Source: Phycisphaerales bacterium (GTDB lineage Bacteria; Planctomycetota; Phycisphaerae; WQYP01). From it: a stretch of 64,000 bases of DNA. Shown here one piece after another: positions 21,202 to 33,248 of this stretch (position 1 is its first letter; each line of letters begins with the position of its first letter). The DNA is taken from positions 1-64,000 of the forward strand of contig DAIDJN010000035.1 of NCBI GenBank assembly GCA_027451365.1, given 5' to 3'. Below the pieces are notes generated by a model. That model did no database searches. It was not told where the DNA came from and was given only the letters and a program-made list of their open reading frames with translations. The position numbers were made by a program, and so were the translations under genes.

Positions 21202-22473
21202 TCACTTGCGAATGTGGCCGCGGCCGGTGACGACAAACTTGTAAGTACAAAGGTCAGCGGCTCCCATGGGGCCGCGCGCGTGGAGTTTATCCGTACTGAT
21301 ACCAATTTCCGCCCCAAGGCCGTATTCGTATCCATCTGCCCAGCGGGTGGAGGCATTGACCATGACACTGGCTGAATCCACGCGGGCGGCAAAAATCCGC
21401 GAATGCTCCAGATTATCCGTTATAATCGCATCGGTGTGCTGCGAACCGTACCGGTTGATATGGTCCACGGCCTGATCTAGTGATTGAACCAGACGGATCG
21501 CGACAATCATGTCCAGAAATTCCTGGCCCCAGTCGGCATCCACGGCGGCGATGGCCCCGGAAAGCAGCGGCAGACTTGCCGCATCGGCCCGCATTTGTAC
21601 GCCCGCGGCCCGATATTTGCGGCCAAGTTCCGGCAGTACGCGATCCGCCACCGCCGCATGCACCAGCACACATTCAGCGGTATTGCACACAGCGCATCCG
21701 TCCACTTTGGCGCTAAGGGCAACATTCACAGCCATGTCAATATCTGCGAATTCATCTATGTATATATGGCACACACCTTTATAATGTTTGATAACCGGAA
21801 CGGTAGCCTGTTCAACCACGGCGCGAATCAGCGATTCACCGCCACGGGGAATAACAAGGTCCACCAGTCCTTCCGCGGTCACAAGCGCCCCCACCGCCGC
21901 CCGGTCTGTTGTTTCGATCAATTGAACGGCGTCGGGATGAACGCCCGCGCCGTCCAGTGCAGCCCGAACAACCGCGGCAATCGCCAGATTGCTTCGCACG
22001 GATTCCTTGCCGCCCCGCAGAATGCACGCATTGGCGCTTTTCAGGCAAAGCGCCGCCGCATCGCTGGTCACATTTGGCCGGCTTTCGAACACAATGCCAA
22101 TGACACCGATCGGCACGCGGCGTTTTTCCACCCGCAGGCCGTTGGGGCGGTCAGAGGCTTCCAGCGTCTGCCCGACCGGATCCACCTGACCGGCAATTTC
22201 GCGAATACTGCGTGCCATCGCCTCAAGTTTTTTTTCGGTCAGAGTCAGCCGACCGATCAAAGCGGAAGAAAGACCATCGCTTGTGGCCGCAGCCACATCT
22301 TCAGCGTTGGCCGCAAGAATAACGGCCTGTTGGCCGATCAGGCCATCAGCCATGGCCAGAAGTGCCGTATTGCGAGCCGCTCCGGTAAGGGTTACAAGCT
22401 GTGCGGCGGCGGCTCGGGCCTTGCGTCCCATGGTCCGAACGCGCGAAATAACATCGGATTCTGTAACTGTCAT
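21202..22473 (-). CDS. proA: Gamma-glutamyl phosphate reductase
   Basis: ESRPNVT, LRGGKE, IPRGG, EIGIST.KLHARGPMG. Confidence 0.95.
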   Translation of the reverse strand: MTVTESDVISRVRTMGRKARAAAAQLVTLTGAARNTALLAMADGLIGQQAVILAANAEDVAAATSDGLSSALIGRLTLTEKKLEAMARSIREIAGQVDPVGQTLEASDRPNGLRVEKRRVPIGVIGIVFESRPNVTSDAAALCLKSANACILRGGKESVRSNLAIAAVVRAALDGAGVHPDAVQLIETTDRAAVGALVTAEGLVDLVIPRGGESLIRAVVEQATVPVIKHYKGVCHIYIDEFADIDMAVNVALSAKVDGCAVCNTAECVLVHAAVADRVLPELGRKYRAAGVQMRADAASLPLLSGAIAAVDADWGQEFLDMIVAIRLVQSLDQAVDHINRYGSQHTDAIITDNLEHSRIFAARVDSASVMVNASTRWADGYEYGLGAEIGISTDKLHARGPMGAADLCTYKFVVTGRGHIRK

Positions 22474-22512
22474 TGTGTCTCCCATGGGGCTGCGCGGCCG
22501 CAAAAAAAAGAG

Positions 22513-23688
22513 TCAGGCCGCAACTTCGCGCAGGGCCGCGATAAGTGTATCAATATCCGCAACAGTATTAAAATGTCCGGGGCTCATGCGCACGGCGCCG
22601 TCGGGAAATGTGCCTATAACCCGATGCGCATAGGGCGCACAATGCAGGCCGGGACGAACCGCTATGGAAAACGTTTCATCCAAAATGCCGCCCAATTCCT
22701 GCGGTGAATACCCGGCCACATTGAAGCTGACGGTTCCAATCCGATTGGTGGAACCGTCCCGACCGGAGGGGCCATAAATAGTAAGGGCGGAAATATCCGC
22801 AACGCCGCTGATAAAATGCTGAACCATTTGCCGTTCATGCGCCAGCGTGGCGGCCGGATCATGCTTCCGGACGAAGCTTAACGACGCCCCCAGCCCAGCC
22901 ACGCCCACGGTATTCGGCGTGCCGCCTTCCAGCAGATAAGGCATCAGCCGCGGTTGCACCGGTGTGGCGGAATCTCCGCCGGTACCACCTTCACGAAACG
23001 CAATCAGCGCATCAATTTCCACGGATTTATTCACATAAAGCCCTCCAGTACCGGTAGGCCCGAGAAGCGATTTATGACCAGGAAAAGCCAGAAAATCGAT
23101 CTGATCGCGTTCCATGTGAATGGGAACCACGCCGATGGTCTGCGCCACATCCAGCAGAAATTTCACACCATGGTCGCGGGCAATTTTTCCCACAGCCGCC
23201 GCCGGCTGAATGGTGCCCAGCACATTGCCGGCGTGTGATAAGGCGATAAGGCGCGTGCGCGGCGTGATGGCCCGACGAATTTCATCCGGATCAATCAACC
23301 CTGTTTCCGGCGAAAAGCCGACGCGGGTCAGCGTGATAAACCCACTGTCCGCCATGCTTTGCAGCGGACGGCTGACACTGTTGTGTTCCAACATGGACGT
23401 CAAAACATGATCACCCGGACGCAAAAAGCTTTTGAATGCAATGTTCAGCGCATCGGTGCAGTTAAGTGTAAATATAAGCCTGTGCGGATCGGCACCTCCA
23501 ATAAAATCCGATACTTCTTTGCGCACACGATCCAGCATTTTTTCGGCGGCAATCGCCATGCGGTGGCCGGCGCGGCCAGGGTTGGCCGCGTCCTTCGCCA
23601 GAAATTCGGTCATGGTTTCGGCAACGACGGGCGGTTTGGGCCAGCTTGTGGCGGCGTTATCAAGATAAGTGACTTGTGGGTTATTCAT
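22513..23688 (-). CDS. Cysteine desulfurase family protein (class V aminotransferase)
   Basis: YLDNAATSWPKP, D.AQ, PGHK (PLP Lys), RPGLHCAP (persulfide Cys). Confidence 0.9.
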   Translation of the reverse strand: MNNPQVTYLDNAATSWPKPPVVAETMTEFLAKDAANPGRAGHRMAIAAEKMLDRVRKEVSDFIGGADPHRLIFTLNCTDALNIAFKSFLRPGDHVLTSMLEHNSVSRPLQSMADSGFITLTRVGFSPETGLIDPDEIRRAITPRTRLIALSHAGNVLGTIQPAAAVGKIARDHGVKFLLDVAQTIGVVPIHMERDQIDFLAFPGHKSLLGPTGTGGLYVNKSVEIDALIAFREGGTGGDSATPVQPRLMPYLLEGGTPNTVGVAGLGASLSFVRKHDPAATLAHERQMVQHFISGVADISALTIYGPSGRDGSTNRIGTVSFNVAGYSPQELGGILDETFSIAVRPGLHCAPYAHRVIGTFPDGAVRMSPGHFNTVADIDTLIAALREVAA

Positions 23689-23792
23689 CCGGATTTGAGC
23701 CTCAAAAATACGGTCATCATTACTGTTAGACCGCGCGGATCGGATTGTACAATTATCCCGGATTATACAGGCATCCTGGATTCCATGGCCGA

Positions 23793-24293
23793 TCACATCC
23801 CCGCGTGCGGTAAACCGGCGAGCTTTCGCCAGGTGGCAATCTGGCCGGTATGGTACGCGCGGTGAGTGATTGCAACACAGACCGCCATGCCAATTGTCGG
23901 GAAAAGCTGGCTTAACTGTGCGTCTGGATTCGGTAAATCCATATCAGAATCGGATTTAGTCGCGATAAACGCGGTAATCTGGCCGCAGGTTTCCGCCAAC
24001 GCGGCCAGATAAAAATCCTTGGGTTTGTACATGGCCCGATCCGGTTTTGGCACGGAACCTATGCCATAAATTTCCCACCAATTGCCGTCAAGTGCGGTCT
24101 TTAACGGACGACCGAGCACGCCCGTGGCGATTTTCGTTTCCACCGCGAGCAAATGGCCCAGTATCCAGGCCGGATGATTCACGCCGGCAACCGGCTGAAG
24201 GGACATCTGGTCATCCCGGATATCGGCAGTCAGCGTGGGCAGCATTTTTTCCTGATGGCGTCCAATCAGAATCGCAAAGGAATCTTTAACCAT
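23793..24293 (-). CDS. DinB/YfiT-family protein
   Basis: NHPAWILGHL ... HRAYHTGQI three-His signature. Confidence 0.85.
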   Translation of the reverse strand: MVKDSFAILIGRHQEKMLPTLTADIRDDQMSLQPVAGVNHPAWILGHLLAVETKIATGVLGRPLKTALDGNWWEIYGIGSVPKPDRAMYKPKDFYLAALAETCGQITAFIATKSDSDMDLPNPDAQLSQLFPTIGMAVCVAITHRAYHTGQIATWRKLAGLPHAGM

Positions 24294-24458
24294 AATAAAC
24301 TCCATTGGTATGAATTCATTTATTCAATAATGTCAATTTTTAAAATCGTCCGCATGTAATGAGCGCGGAACTCAACACCATAAGCCGCCGCCGAAGTCAA
24401 GCGGGCACGGCGCCGCCATGGTCTAATTGGCGCGGGCACAAGCGGAGATTCCCGCTGT

Positions 24459-24944
24459 TTACACCGCCGCCAGGCCCTGCACGCGACGCCAAGCCGAAAT
24501 CTGGCCGGCGTGATACCCTTCGTGCCAGGTACCGTACATAAAAACAGTGTGGCCGATGGTCGGGAACCGCTCGCGCCGGGTCGGATCCGGATGCGGCTGG
24601 GCCAATTGTTCGGGCTTGATATTTTTCAGCCGTTCGATAATCTGGGCGCGAATCTGAGCCAGATGGTCCAGATAATATTGCTTAGGCTTGTACATAGACT
24701 TATCCGCACTTGGCACGCTACCACCGCCATAAATTTCTTTCCAGTTCGCTTCGGTCGCCGGGGTTGGTCCGCCCAGCAGGGTCAAAAAGCTTCCTTCCAC
24801 CAGCAGCAGATGGCCAAGCACCCATGCCGGATGATTGGTCTTGGGTGCCGGCTGAAGCGTCATCTGGTCATCGGTAAGATCCGCCACCAGTTTCAAGGTG
24901 GCGTTGCGGGTGTGGGTAATGGTGGCAATGAATGCGTCGAGCAT
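24459..24944 (-). CDS. DinB/YfiT-family protein, paralog of the adjacent gene
   Basis: NHPAWVLGHL ... HEGYHAGQI; GAGGAG RBS. Confidence 0.85.
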   Translation of the reverse strand: MLDAFIATITHTRNATLKLVADLTDDQMTLQPAPKTNHPAWVLGHLLLVEGSFLTLLGGPTPATEANWKEIYGGGSVPSADKSMYKPKQYYLDHLAQIRAQIIERLKNIKPEQLAQPHPDPTRRERFPTIGHTVFMYGTWHEGYHAGQISAWRRVQGLAAV

Positions 24945-25004
24945 AATTGACTCCTCAAAAGCGGTGATACAACAGGATGGCAAACATTTCCATCCGCCTG
25001 AATT

Positions 25005-26144
25005 TCAACTTCCCACATACTTGGCGTATATGGCTTTGGCCACGGCGGCCTCACTGGTACCTTTTATAATAGCACGCCCATCCGCAAAAAGTGTCAGTTC
25101 AAAATTTTTGCGACCATCCGCTGGCCCTTCGGTAATAGCGCACTTAAGCATGAACTTATTAAAAGTCGGCTCGCCGACCGCCCGCAATCCGTCGGCAATC
25201 TGCGCGAAATCGACCCGATGTCCCGCGGGCTGTGTTATCTGAATAGCGTTGCGGCCGCAAAGGGACGTGGCGCTGCTGCCGAATTTGCCGGTCAGATATT
25301 CAAAATTGTGATGTTTGCACGCCGGGCAATCGGCGATTTCCCGGGCGCGGGAAACGTTCAACTGCTGATAGCGATTATCCCAAAGATCGAAGCTGAAGAG
25401 GCTTCTGCTGACGGCGGCCACGTTTCCGGTCAGCAGTTTGATAGCCTCCATAGCCTGCCAACTGGCCACCACATTCACCGTTGGACCAAGCACCCCGGCG
25501 GTATCGCAGGTTGGATTCATTCCCGGAGGCGGCGCTGTTTCAAAAATGCAGCGCAGACATGGAGTAATGCCGGGTCGAACCACCATGCCCAGCCCCATAG
25601 CGCTGATGCACGCACCGTAAATCCATGGAATATTGAGTTTAATCGACACATCGTTAATCAGAAAACGGGTTTCAAAATTATCCGTGCCGTCCAGCAAAAG
25701 GTCCTTGCCGGCGGCATATTGTTCAATGTTGGTGTGGTTGACATCCGCCACAATCGCTTCCACCCGAATCTCGGAATTAATGGCGGCAAGTTTGCGCTGT
25801 GCCGCGACCGATTTCGGCAGTTGATCGGCAATGTCCTGCTGATCGAAAAGTACCTGCCGCTGAAGGTTATTGATCTCGATAAAATCACGGTCGATGATGG
25901 TTAAATGCCCAACGCCGGCGCGGCCCAGCGTGTTGGCCAGCACGGTGCCAAGCGCGCCGCAGCCAACCATAAGAATTTTGGAATCGCGGAGCTTTTTCTG
26001 GCCCTCAACGCCAATAGGTTCCCAAAGCATCTGCCGGTTGTAACGCGCCAGTGCCGGGTCCGCTTTTTCCAGTAATTGTGCCTGATCTGATAATGCCATG
26101 GTTGGTTTCGTATCCTGTTTTAGTTTGCGAAGTTCATTTTGCAT
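25005..26144 (-). CDS. ThiF/MoeB-family (E1-like) adenylyltransferase, no rhodanese domain
   Basis: RYNRQ, GCGALG, NLQRQ, DGTDNFETR, CLRC and CPAC zinc motifs. Confidence 0.9.
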   Translation of the reverse strand: MQNELRKLKQDTKPTMALSDQAQLLEKADPALARYNRQMLWEPIGVEGQKKLRDSKILMVGCGALGTVLANTLGRAGVGHLTIIDRDFIEINNLQRQVLFDQQDIADQLPKSVAAQRKLAAINSEIRVEAIVADVNHTNIEQYAAGKDLLLDGTDNFETRFLINDVSIKLNIPWIYGACISAMGLGMVVRPGITPCLRCIFETAPPPGMNPTCDTAGVLGPTVNVVASWQAMEAIKLLTGNVAAVSRSLFSFDLWDNRYQQLNVSRAREIADCPACKHHNFEYLTGKFGSSATSLCGRNAIQITQPAGHRVDFAQIADGLRAVGEPTFNKFMLKCAITEGPADGRKNFELTLFADGRAIIKGTSEAAVAKAIYAKYVGS

Positions 26145-26183
26145 GCGGCCTTTCAGCCGCGCCGGTCCCCGCGGGTTGGACCG

Positions 26184-26438
26184 TCACCCTTCCATAACTG
26201 ATTTTTCAATCGGTTCCACGGTGACTCCCTGCTGTTGAAGAAATTTCAGCGCCGCGTCCACCGCGGGTGCTTCGCCTTGAAAAAGAACGGCCATAATACC
26301 TATTTCCGCGGTTACGCTGGCCTGGCGGATATCAAAACTGACTTGGGGAAATTCCCGCGCCATACGCCACAACGCGGGTGTTTCCACCATCCGCTTGTCG
26401 CCAAAAGTCAGCCATACGCGTTTGTGGGCCATTGTCAT
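26184..26438 (-). CDS. Stand-alone NIL-domain protein
   Basis: L.F...P.L......V.FDIRQASV....G.M.V...G pattern; 84 aa. Confidence 0.7.
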   Translation of the reverse strand: MTMAHKRVWLTFGDKRMVETPALWRMAREFPQVSFDIRQASVTAEIGIMAVLFQGEAPAVDAALKFLQQQGVTVEPIEKSVMEG

Positions 26439-26439
26439 T

Positions 26440-26715
26440 TCAGCCCCCCGCTATCGCAGGAACAATACTGACATCATCGCCATCTTTTACGGGAGTTTCC
26501 AAATTGGAAAGAAAGCGAATGTCTTCATCGTTGACATAAATATTGACAAACCGGTTCAGTTCACCGGGCTGCTTGAACAGGCGCTTATCCATGCCGGCGA
26601 ATTTTTCACACAACTGTCCCAGAAGTGCCGCCACGGTGGCCCCTTGAACTTCGGCCATATCTACGCCACCGGTCAACTGCCGCATGGGAGTGGGAATTCG
26701 AATTTTAACCGCCAT
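26440..26715 (-). CDS. MoaD/ThiS/CysO-like ubiquitin-fold sulfur carrier protein
   Basis: RFVNIYVNDEDIRFL; mature C-terminus PAIAGG. Confidence 0.92.
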   Translation of the reverse strand: MAVKIRIPTPMRQLTGGVDMAEVQGATVAALLGQLCEKFAGMDKRLFKQPGELNRFVNIYVNDEDIRFLSNLETPVKDGDDVSIVPAIAGG

Positions 26716-26797
26716 ATAAATCTCCGCTTTACGTCCAAAAAAAATGGTAAAGTGCCCGCCGGGAGTATCGCCCGGCGGTAAAATAATTATACGGTTA

Positions 26798-28087
26798 TCA
26801 ACGCCCGGCGCTGGCTGGAAGTTCCACGTGGCCTTCCATTAACGTGCGCGGCCCGGGCACAAGTCCCGCAATAAAGGCGTCAAACGCTTCGAGTTTCGCA
26901 GGAATTGACGCCGGCTGGCGAAGCTGATCCACGACTACTTCCACCGTTTTAAGTCCGTTGCCGGTAATGCACACACAAATACTTTCATCACGTGGGATGC
27001 GGCCGCGTTCGATCAATTTAATGGTCGCGGCCAGCGTCGTGCCACCGGCCGGTTCGGTCCAGATGCCTTCTGTGCAGGCGAGCAGCTTGATCGCATCCAC
27101 AATTTCCTGATCCGTGGCATCGGCACCCCAGCCGCCACTCTGTTTGACCGCCTGCACCACATAATATCCGTCCGCAGGGTTTCCAATGGCGATGCTTTTG
27201 GCGATGGTTTTGGGCTTCTGAGGTTTAATCAGATCTCGGCCAGCTTCAATGGCCTCAACCACCGGATTGCAGCCCGCGGCCTGCGCGGAATATATCTTCG
27301 GGTGGTTATCCTCCACCAGTCCCAGATCAATAAACTCGCGGTAGGCTTTGTAAATTTTCGGAAGAATGGTCCCGCCTGCGGTCGGGCAGACCGTATGACG
27401 GGGTAATTTCCATCCAAACTGCTCGGCAATTTCAAAGCCGAAGGTTTTGGCACCTTCGGTATAAAACGGGCGCAGATTCACATTCACAATCGCCCATTTG
27501 TACTTATCCGCAATTTCCGAACAGAGTCGGTTCACGTCGTCATAGTTGCCCTGAATACGCACCATCGTGGGATTGAAAATCAGGGATCCGAGCACTTTGC
27601 CCACTTCAAGGTCGTGGGGAATCATGACGAACGCCTTAAGACCCGCCATGGCGGCATGGGCGGCCACGCTATTGGCCAGATTGCCGGTGCTGGCACACCC
27701 GACGGTGTCGTATCCAAGTTCCGCCGCCTTGGTAATGGCCACGCTTACCACCCGTTCCTTGTAACTCCAGGTGGGGTAGTTGGCGGAATCGTCCTTTATA
27801 TACAGTTCTTTTACACCCAGAACTTTTTCCAGATTCCGGGCGCGACGAAACGGCGTAAAACCTGAATTGTGTCCTGTTCGCGGTTCGCCTTCGATCGGCA
27901 ATAGATCACGATAACGCCATAAATTGCGATCTCCGGCTTCAATGGATTGCCGGGTTACGCGGCCGCGCATGGCGGAATAATCGTACTGCACCTCCAGGGG
28001 GCCGAAGCAGACCTCGCATACATGCACACCTTTTTGCGGATAGTGCTGGCCGCATTCACGGCATTTCAAACCAAGGACGTAGGACAT
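26798..28087 (-). CDS. Threonine-synthase-like PLP enzyme with N-terminal Zn ribbon (candidate sulfur-carrier-dependent homocysteine synthase)
   Basis: CRECG..CEVC, SYKER (PLP Lys), ASTGNLA, NVNLRPFY.EG.KT, ITGNGLK; GGAGG RBS. Confidence 0.8.
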   Translation of the reverse strand: MSYVLGLKCRECGQHYPQKGVHVCEVCFGPLEVQYDYSAMRGRVTRQSIEAGDRNLWRYRDLLPIEGEPRTGHNSGFTPFRRARNLEKVLGVKELYIKDDSANYPTWSYKERVVSVAITKAAELGYDTVGCASTGNLANSVAAHAAMAGLKAFVMIPHDLEVGKVLGSLIFNPTMVRIQGNYDDVNRLCSEIADKYKWAIVNVNLRPFYTEGAKTFGFEIAEQFGWKLPRHTVCPTAGGTILPKIYKAYREFIDLGLVEDNHPKIYSAQAAGCNPVVEAIEAGRDLIKPQKPKTIAKSIAIGNPADGYYVVQAVKQSGGWGADATDQEIVDAIKLLACTEGIWTEPAGGTTLAATIKLIERGRIPRDESICVCITGNGLKTVEVVVDQLRQPASIPAKLEAFDAFIAGLVPGPRTLMEGHVELPASAGR

Positions 28088-28288
28088 TACAACCTCCGAA
28101 ACCGGCGGTCCCGCCGGACTGGTGCTGGTCCGGATATGCCAGACGGCTAGCCATCGGCAATCCAAACGACAGCGGCCTCTTATCAGGAGCCATCCAGCAA
28201 AAGGCCGGAACGCCAATCCCCGATAAGAGGCCGCCGCTTGATTCCTTCCGAATTACCCCGCAAAGCGGAGAATAAAGGTGAGAAGCTG

Positions 28289-28450
28289 CTCCACTTATCT
28301 ATCCCCAGGTTCGCCAGAACAGCGGTGAAAACCGAAATTCCAAGCGAGCGGGAGGGAATTAGCACCCGCTTCAACCGATGCATTTCATCGGATTTGATGG
28401 GTTGCTGTGCCTTCGACGGGCCCGTCCCTCAGGCACTCTTGATAAGAGCC
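28289..28450 (-). ncRNA. SAM-I (S-box) riboswitch
   Basis: Minus strand reads CTCTTATCAAGAG-TGCCTGAGGGACGGGCCCGTCGAAGGCAC-AGCAACC ... GGTGCTAATTCC ... GGATAGATAAG; upstream of sulfur genes. Confidence 0.93.
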
Positions 28451-28470
28451 TTATTCAATTGTCAGGGAGG

Positions 28471-28499
28471 ATATTAGAAAAACGCGTCAGAAATGTCAA
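28471..28499 (-). promoter_or_regulatory. Sigma70 promoter of the SAM-riboswitch operon
   Basis: TTGACA-N17-TAATAT about 20 nt upstream of the aptamer. Confidence 0.75.
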
Positions 28500-29022
28500 G
28501 TTTCCGGGTGTTACACATTCTTGCAAGGCCGGCCGCACCGTTCAACCATTCGGCAGACGGGAATCAATCCGCGTTTAACCTCCCAAAGCGGCGGCGCGAT
28601 GATCGTTTAGACCATAGCGCATGGTGGGATTGCACACATGATTTATAAATGCCAGTAGCTCTGAAAACACGCGGCTCCAACGCGCGACAACCGTTCTACG
28701 CGATGCCCGGACCATTTGACAACCTGATGGCAAATCAAATTCTGACACTTCGGGTGGACAGTATTTGGCAATTCGCGCTTCGTCGTTCTTCGCCTGCGAT
28801 TATGCGCCGGCAATAACGGGCTAAACCGCTGGCCGCAGATGAACAGAGATGAACGTCGGCAACCTGCCGTTTTGTCACAAACTCTGCCGCAACCCCAGGA
28901 AATGCTGCCAGCCCGGCAGGAACGCGGCGCGAGGCAACAGGCTGTTTTTGGGTGCAAGAAAAATTCATAACCATTTATTTTATAACGTGTTACAGATATT
29001 CATCCGCCGCTGATAAAGCAAA

Positions 29023-29038
29023 TGGCATAACCCTTGCT
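29023..29038 (+). promoter_or_regulatory. Sigma54 (-24/-12) promoter upstream of the chaperone operon
   Basis: TGGCATAACCCTTGCT = GG-N10-GC. Confidence 0.7.
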
Positions 29039-29222
29039 TACAATCCGCCCAAGCGCATGGTGCGCCGGGCGAGCGAAATTAGCCTCCGACCCGCAGCGTC
29101 GCGGCGTATTGCAGCGGCCCTGGACCCGGACTAAGGGCGGACCATGAAACTGATTGGAAACTGAAAATTCGCCCATCGGTTGTTAATGCGAAGGAAGTTG
29201 CGGCAATAAATCACACAATTGA

Positions 29223-31019
<1,797 letters not shown>

Positions 31020-31032
31020 CTTAATCGCGGCT

Positions 31033-31058
31033 CTGTGCGGGCCAACCGGCCCGCACAG
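31033..31058 (+). other. Intergenic stem-loop between groEL and groES
   Basis: Perfect 11-bp stem CTGTGCGGGCC/GGCCCGCACAG without an adjacent U-tract. Confidence 0.6.
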
Positions 31059-31138
31059 GCCTGACGGTTTTGGCCGCACTGGTCCATCCCGGTAACGTTT
31101 TGCACTATGTGAAAAATCAGATAACAGGAGTTCATATT

Positions 31139-31429
31139 ATGAAAATCAGTCCATTAGAAGATCGTCTGGTAGTCAAGCCCGCCGAAGCGGAATCCAAAAC
31201 AGCATCAGGCATCGTTCTGCCTGAAACCGCCAAGGAAAAGCCGACGCGAGGCAAAGTGATAAGTGTCGGGCCGGGCAAAATGCTGGACAGCGGCACCCGC
31301 GCGCCGGTCGGGGTAAATGTTGGCGAAGAAGTGTATTACGGAAAATATGCAGGAACGGAAGTGAAGATCAACGACGACAAGTTCGTGATTCTTCGCGAAA
31401 GCGACCTGCTGGGCGTTGTCGTAAAGTAA
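31139..31429 (+). CDS. groES: Co-chaperonin GroES
   Basis: PLEDRLVVK, TASGIVLP.TAKEKP, KYAGTEVK. Confidence 0.97.
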   Translation: MKISPLEDRLVVKPAEAESKTASGIVLPETAKEKPTRGKVISVGPGKMLDSGTRAPVGVNVGEEVYYGKYAGTEVKINDDKFVILRESDLLGVVVK

Positions 31430-31516
31430 TTTACAATCGTCGGGCCATGTGCGCCAGCTGGCGCGTCAGGGTCTTATCGGTGTCTTACATACAAACTTAT
31501 TATGAGGTAATGAATC

Positions 31517-33130
31517 ATGGCAGCGAAACAATTGATGTTCGATCAGGCGGCTCGGCAGAAAGTTTTCAACGGTGTTTCCAAACTTGCCGCGGCAGTAAAA
31601 GTGACGCTTGGCCCGTCCGGGCGCAACGTCGTGCTTTCCCGCAGTTGGGGCTCGCCCCAGGTCACCCGTGACGGCGTGACCGTCGCCAAGGAAGTAGAAC
31701 TGCCCGAACCATTTGAGAACATGGGCGCCAAACTTGTGAACGAAGTCGCAGGCAAAACCAACGACATTGCCGGCGACGGCACCACCACGGCCACCGTTCT
31801 GGCTGAAGCGATTTACGGTGCCGGCCTGCGGCATGTGACCAGCGGAATGAATCCGGTGGTGGTAAAGCGCGGCATCGACAAAGCTGTTGAAGTTGCAACT
31901 GAGTCCATTCGGGGAATGGCCCGCAAGGTCAGCGGCAAAGAAGATCTTCGCAAGGTAGCGACCATATCCGCGAATTCAGACACCGCCATTGGCGATCTGG
32001 TTGCCGACGCGCTGGATCGTGTGGGCAAAGACGGCGTGGTCACGATTGAAGAAGGCAAAAGCATTGAAACCACCATGGAAGTGGTGGAAGGCATGGCCTT
32101 TGACAAGGGATATCTGTCCCCCTATTTCATGACCGTTCCCAGCACCCAGGAAGCGGTTCTGGATGATGCATACGTCCTTCTTTATGAGAAAAAAATCAGC
32201 ACCATCAGCGAATTGCTGCCGCTGCTTAATAAGCTGGTCACTGCGGCCAAGCCGCTGCTGATTGTGGCTGAGGATGTGGAAGCCGAGGCGTTGGCCACGC
32301 TGGTAGTCAATCGTCTGCGCGGCATTTTGCAGGTGTGCGCGGTGAAGGCTCCAGGATTTGGCGATCGCCGCAAGGCGATTATGGGTGATTTGGCTGTCGT
32401 CACCGGGGGCAAGTTCATCAGCGAAGACCTCGGGGCCAAACTCGACACGATAGAACTGTCTGATCTTGGCCGCGCGAAAAAGATAGTGGTGGACAAGGAC
32501 AACACCACCGTCATTGAAGGCGCCGGCAAGAAAAAGGATATTGAAGGCCGTGTCGCCCAGATTCGCCTGCAAGTTGAAAAAACCACCAGCGACTACGACC
32601 GCGAGAAACTTCAAGAACGCCTTGCCAAACTGACGGGCGGCGTGGCGGTTCTGCGGGTCGGCGGCGCCACGGAAACGAGCATGAAGGAACGCAAGTTCCG
32701 TGTGGAAGATGCACTTAACGCGACCCGGGCCGCCGCTGAAGAGGGCATTGTTCCCGGCGGAGGCGTGGCCTTCCTGCGGGCGATTGTAGATATAGAAGCG
32801 GCCAAAAACCGCGCCCGCGGCGATGAAAAGGTTGGATTTGACATTATCCTTTCCGCCTTGCGTGCCCCATGTTCACAAATTTGTGCCAACGCCGGTGAAG
32901 ATGGCAGCGTGGTCGTAAACACGATTCTCGAAAAAGAAGGTGCTTACGGTTATAACGCGGCCACCCGCGAGTTCGGCGATATGTTCAAAATGGGTGTAGT
33001 TGACCCGGCGAAAGTTACCCGCACTGCCTTGCAGAACGCTGCTTCGGTAGCGGGCCTGCTGCTGACCACGGATGTTCTGGTGACGGAACTAAAGGACGAA
33101 AAGGAGGCCATTGTCGGCAGCGTGCGATAA
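31517..33130 (+). CDS. groEL: Chaperonin GroEL (copy 2, no GGM tail)
   Basis: [26 protein letters not shown]. Confidence 0.97.
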   Translation: MAAKQLMFDQAARQKVFNGVSKLAAAVKVTLGPSGRNVVLSRSWGSPQVTRDGVTVAKEVELPEPFENMGAKLVNEVAGKTNDIAGDGTTTATVLAEAIYGAGLRHVTSGMNPVVVKRGIDKAVEVATESIRGMARKVSGKEDLRKVATISANSDTAIGDLVADALDRVGKDGVVTIEEGKSIETTMEVVEGMAFDKGYLSPYFMTVPSTQEAVLDDAYVLLYEKKISTISELLPLLNKLVTAAKPLLIVAEDVEAEALATLVVNRLRGILQVCAVKAPGFGDRRKAIMGDLAVVTGGKFISEDLGAKLDTIELSDLGRAKKIVVDKDNTTVIEGAGKKKDIEGRVAQIRLQVEKTTSDYDREKLQERLAKLTGGVAVLRVGGATETSMKERKFRVEDALNATRAAAEEGIVPGGGVAFLRAIVDIEAAKNRARGDEKVGFDIILSALRAPCSQICANAGEDGSVVVNTILEKEGAYGYNAATREFGDMFKMGVVDPAKVTRTALQNAASVAGLLLTTDVLVTELKDEKEAIVGSVR

Positions 33131-33210
33131 GCCTCCTGCGGATGGTGCCGGGCAAGATCCGATTCTTCATGTGCCCGGTCGGCCAACGTCCAGACGGCCA
33201 AATGTTTCAA

Positions 33211-33248
33211 AAGCCCAGGGGCTGGATTCAATCCCTGGGCTTTTGTTT
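33211..33248 (+). terminator. Rho-independent terminator after groEL copy 2
   Basis: AAGCCCAGGG...CCCTGGGCTT followed by TTGTTT. Confidence 0.75.
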
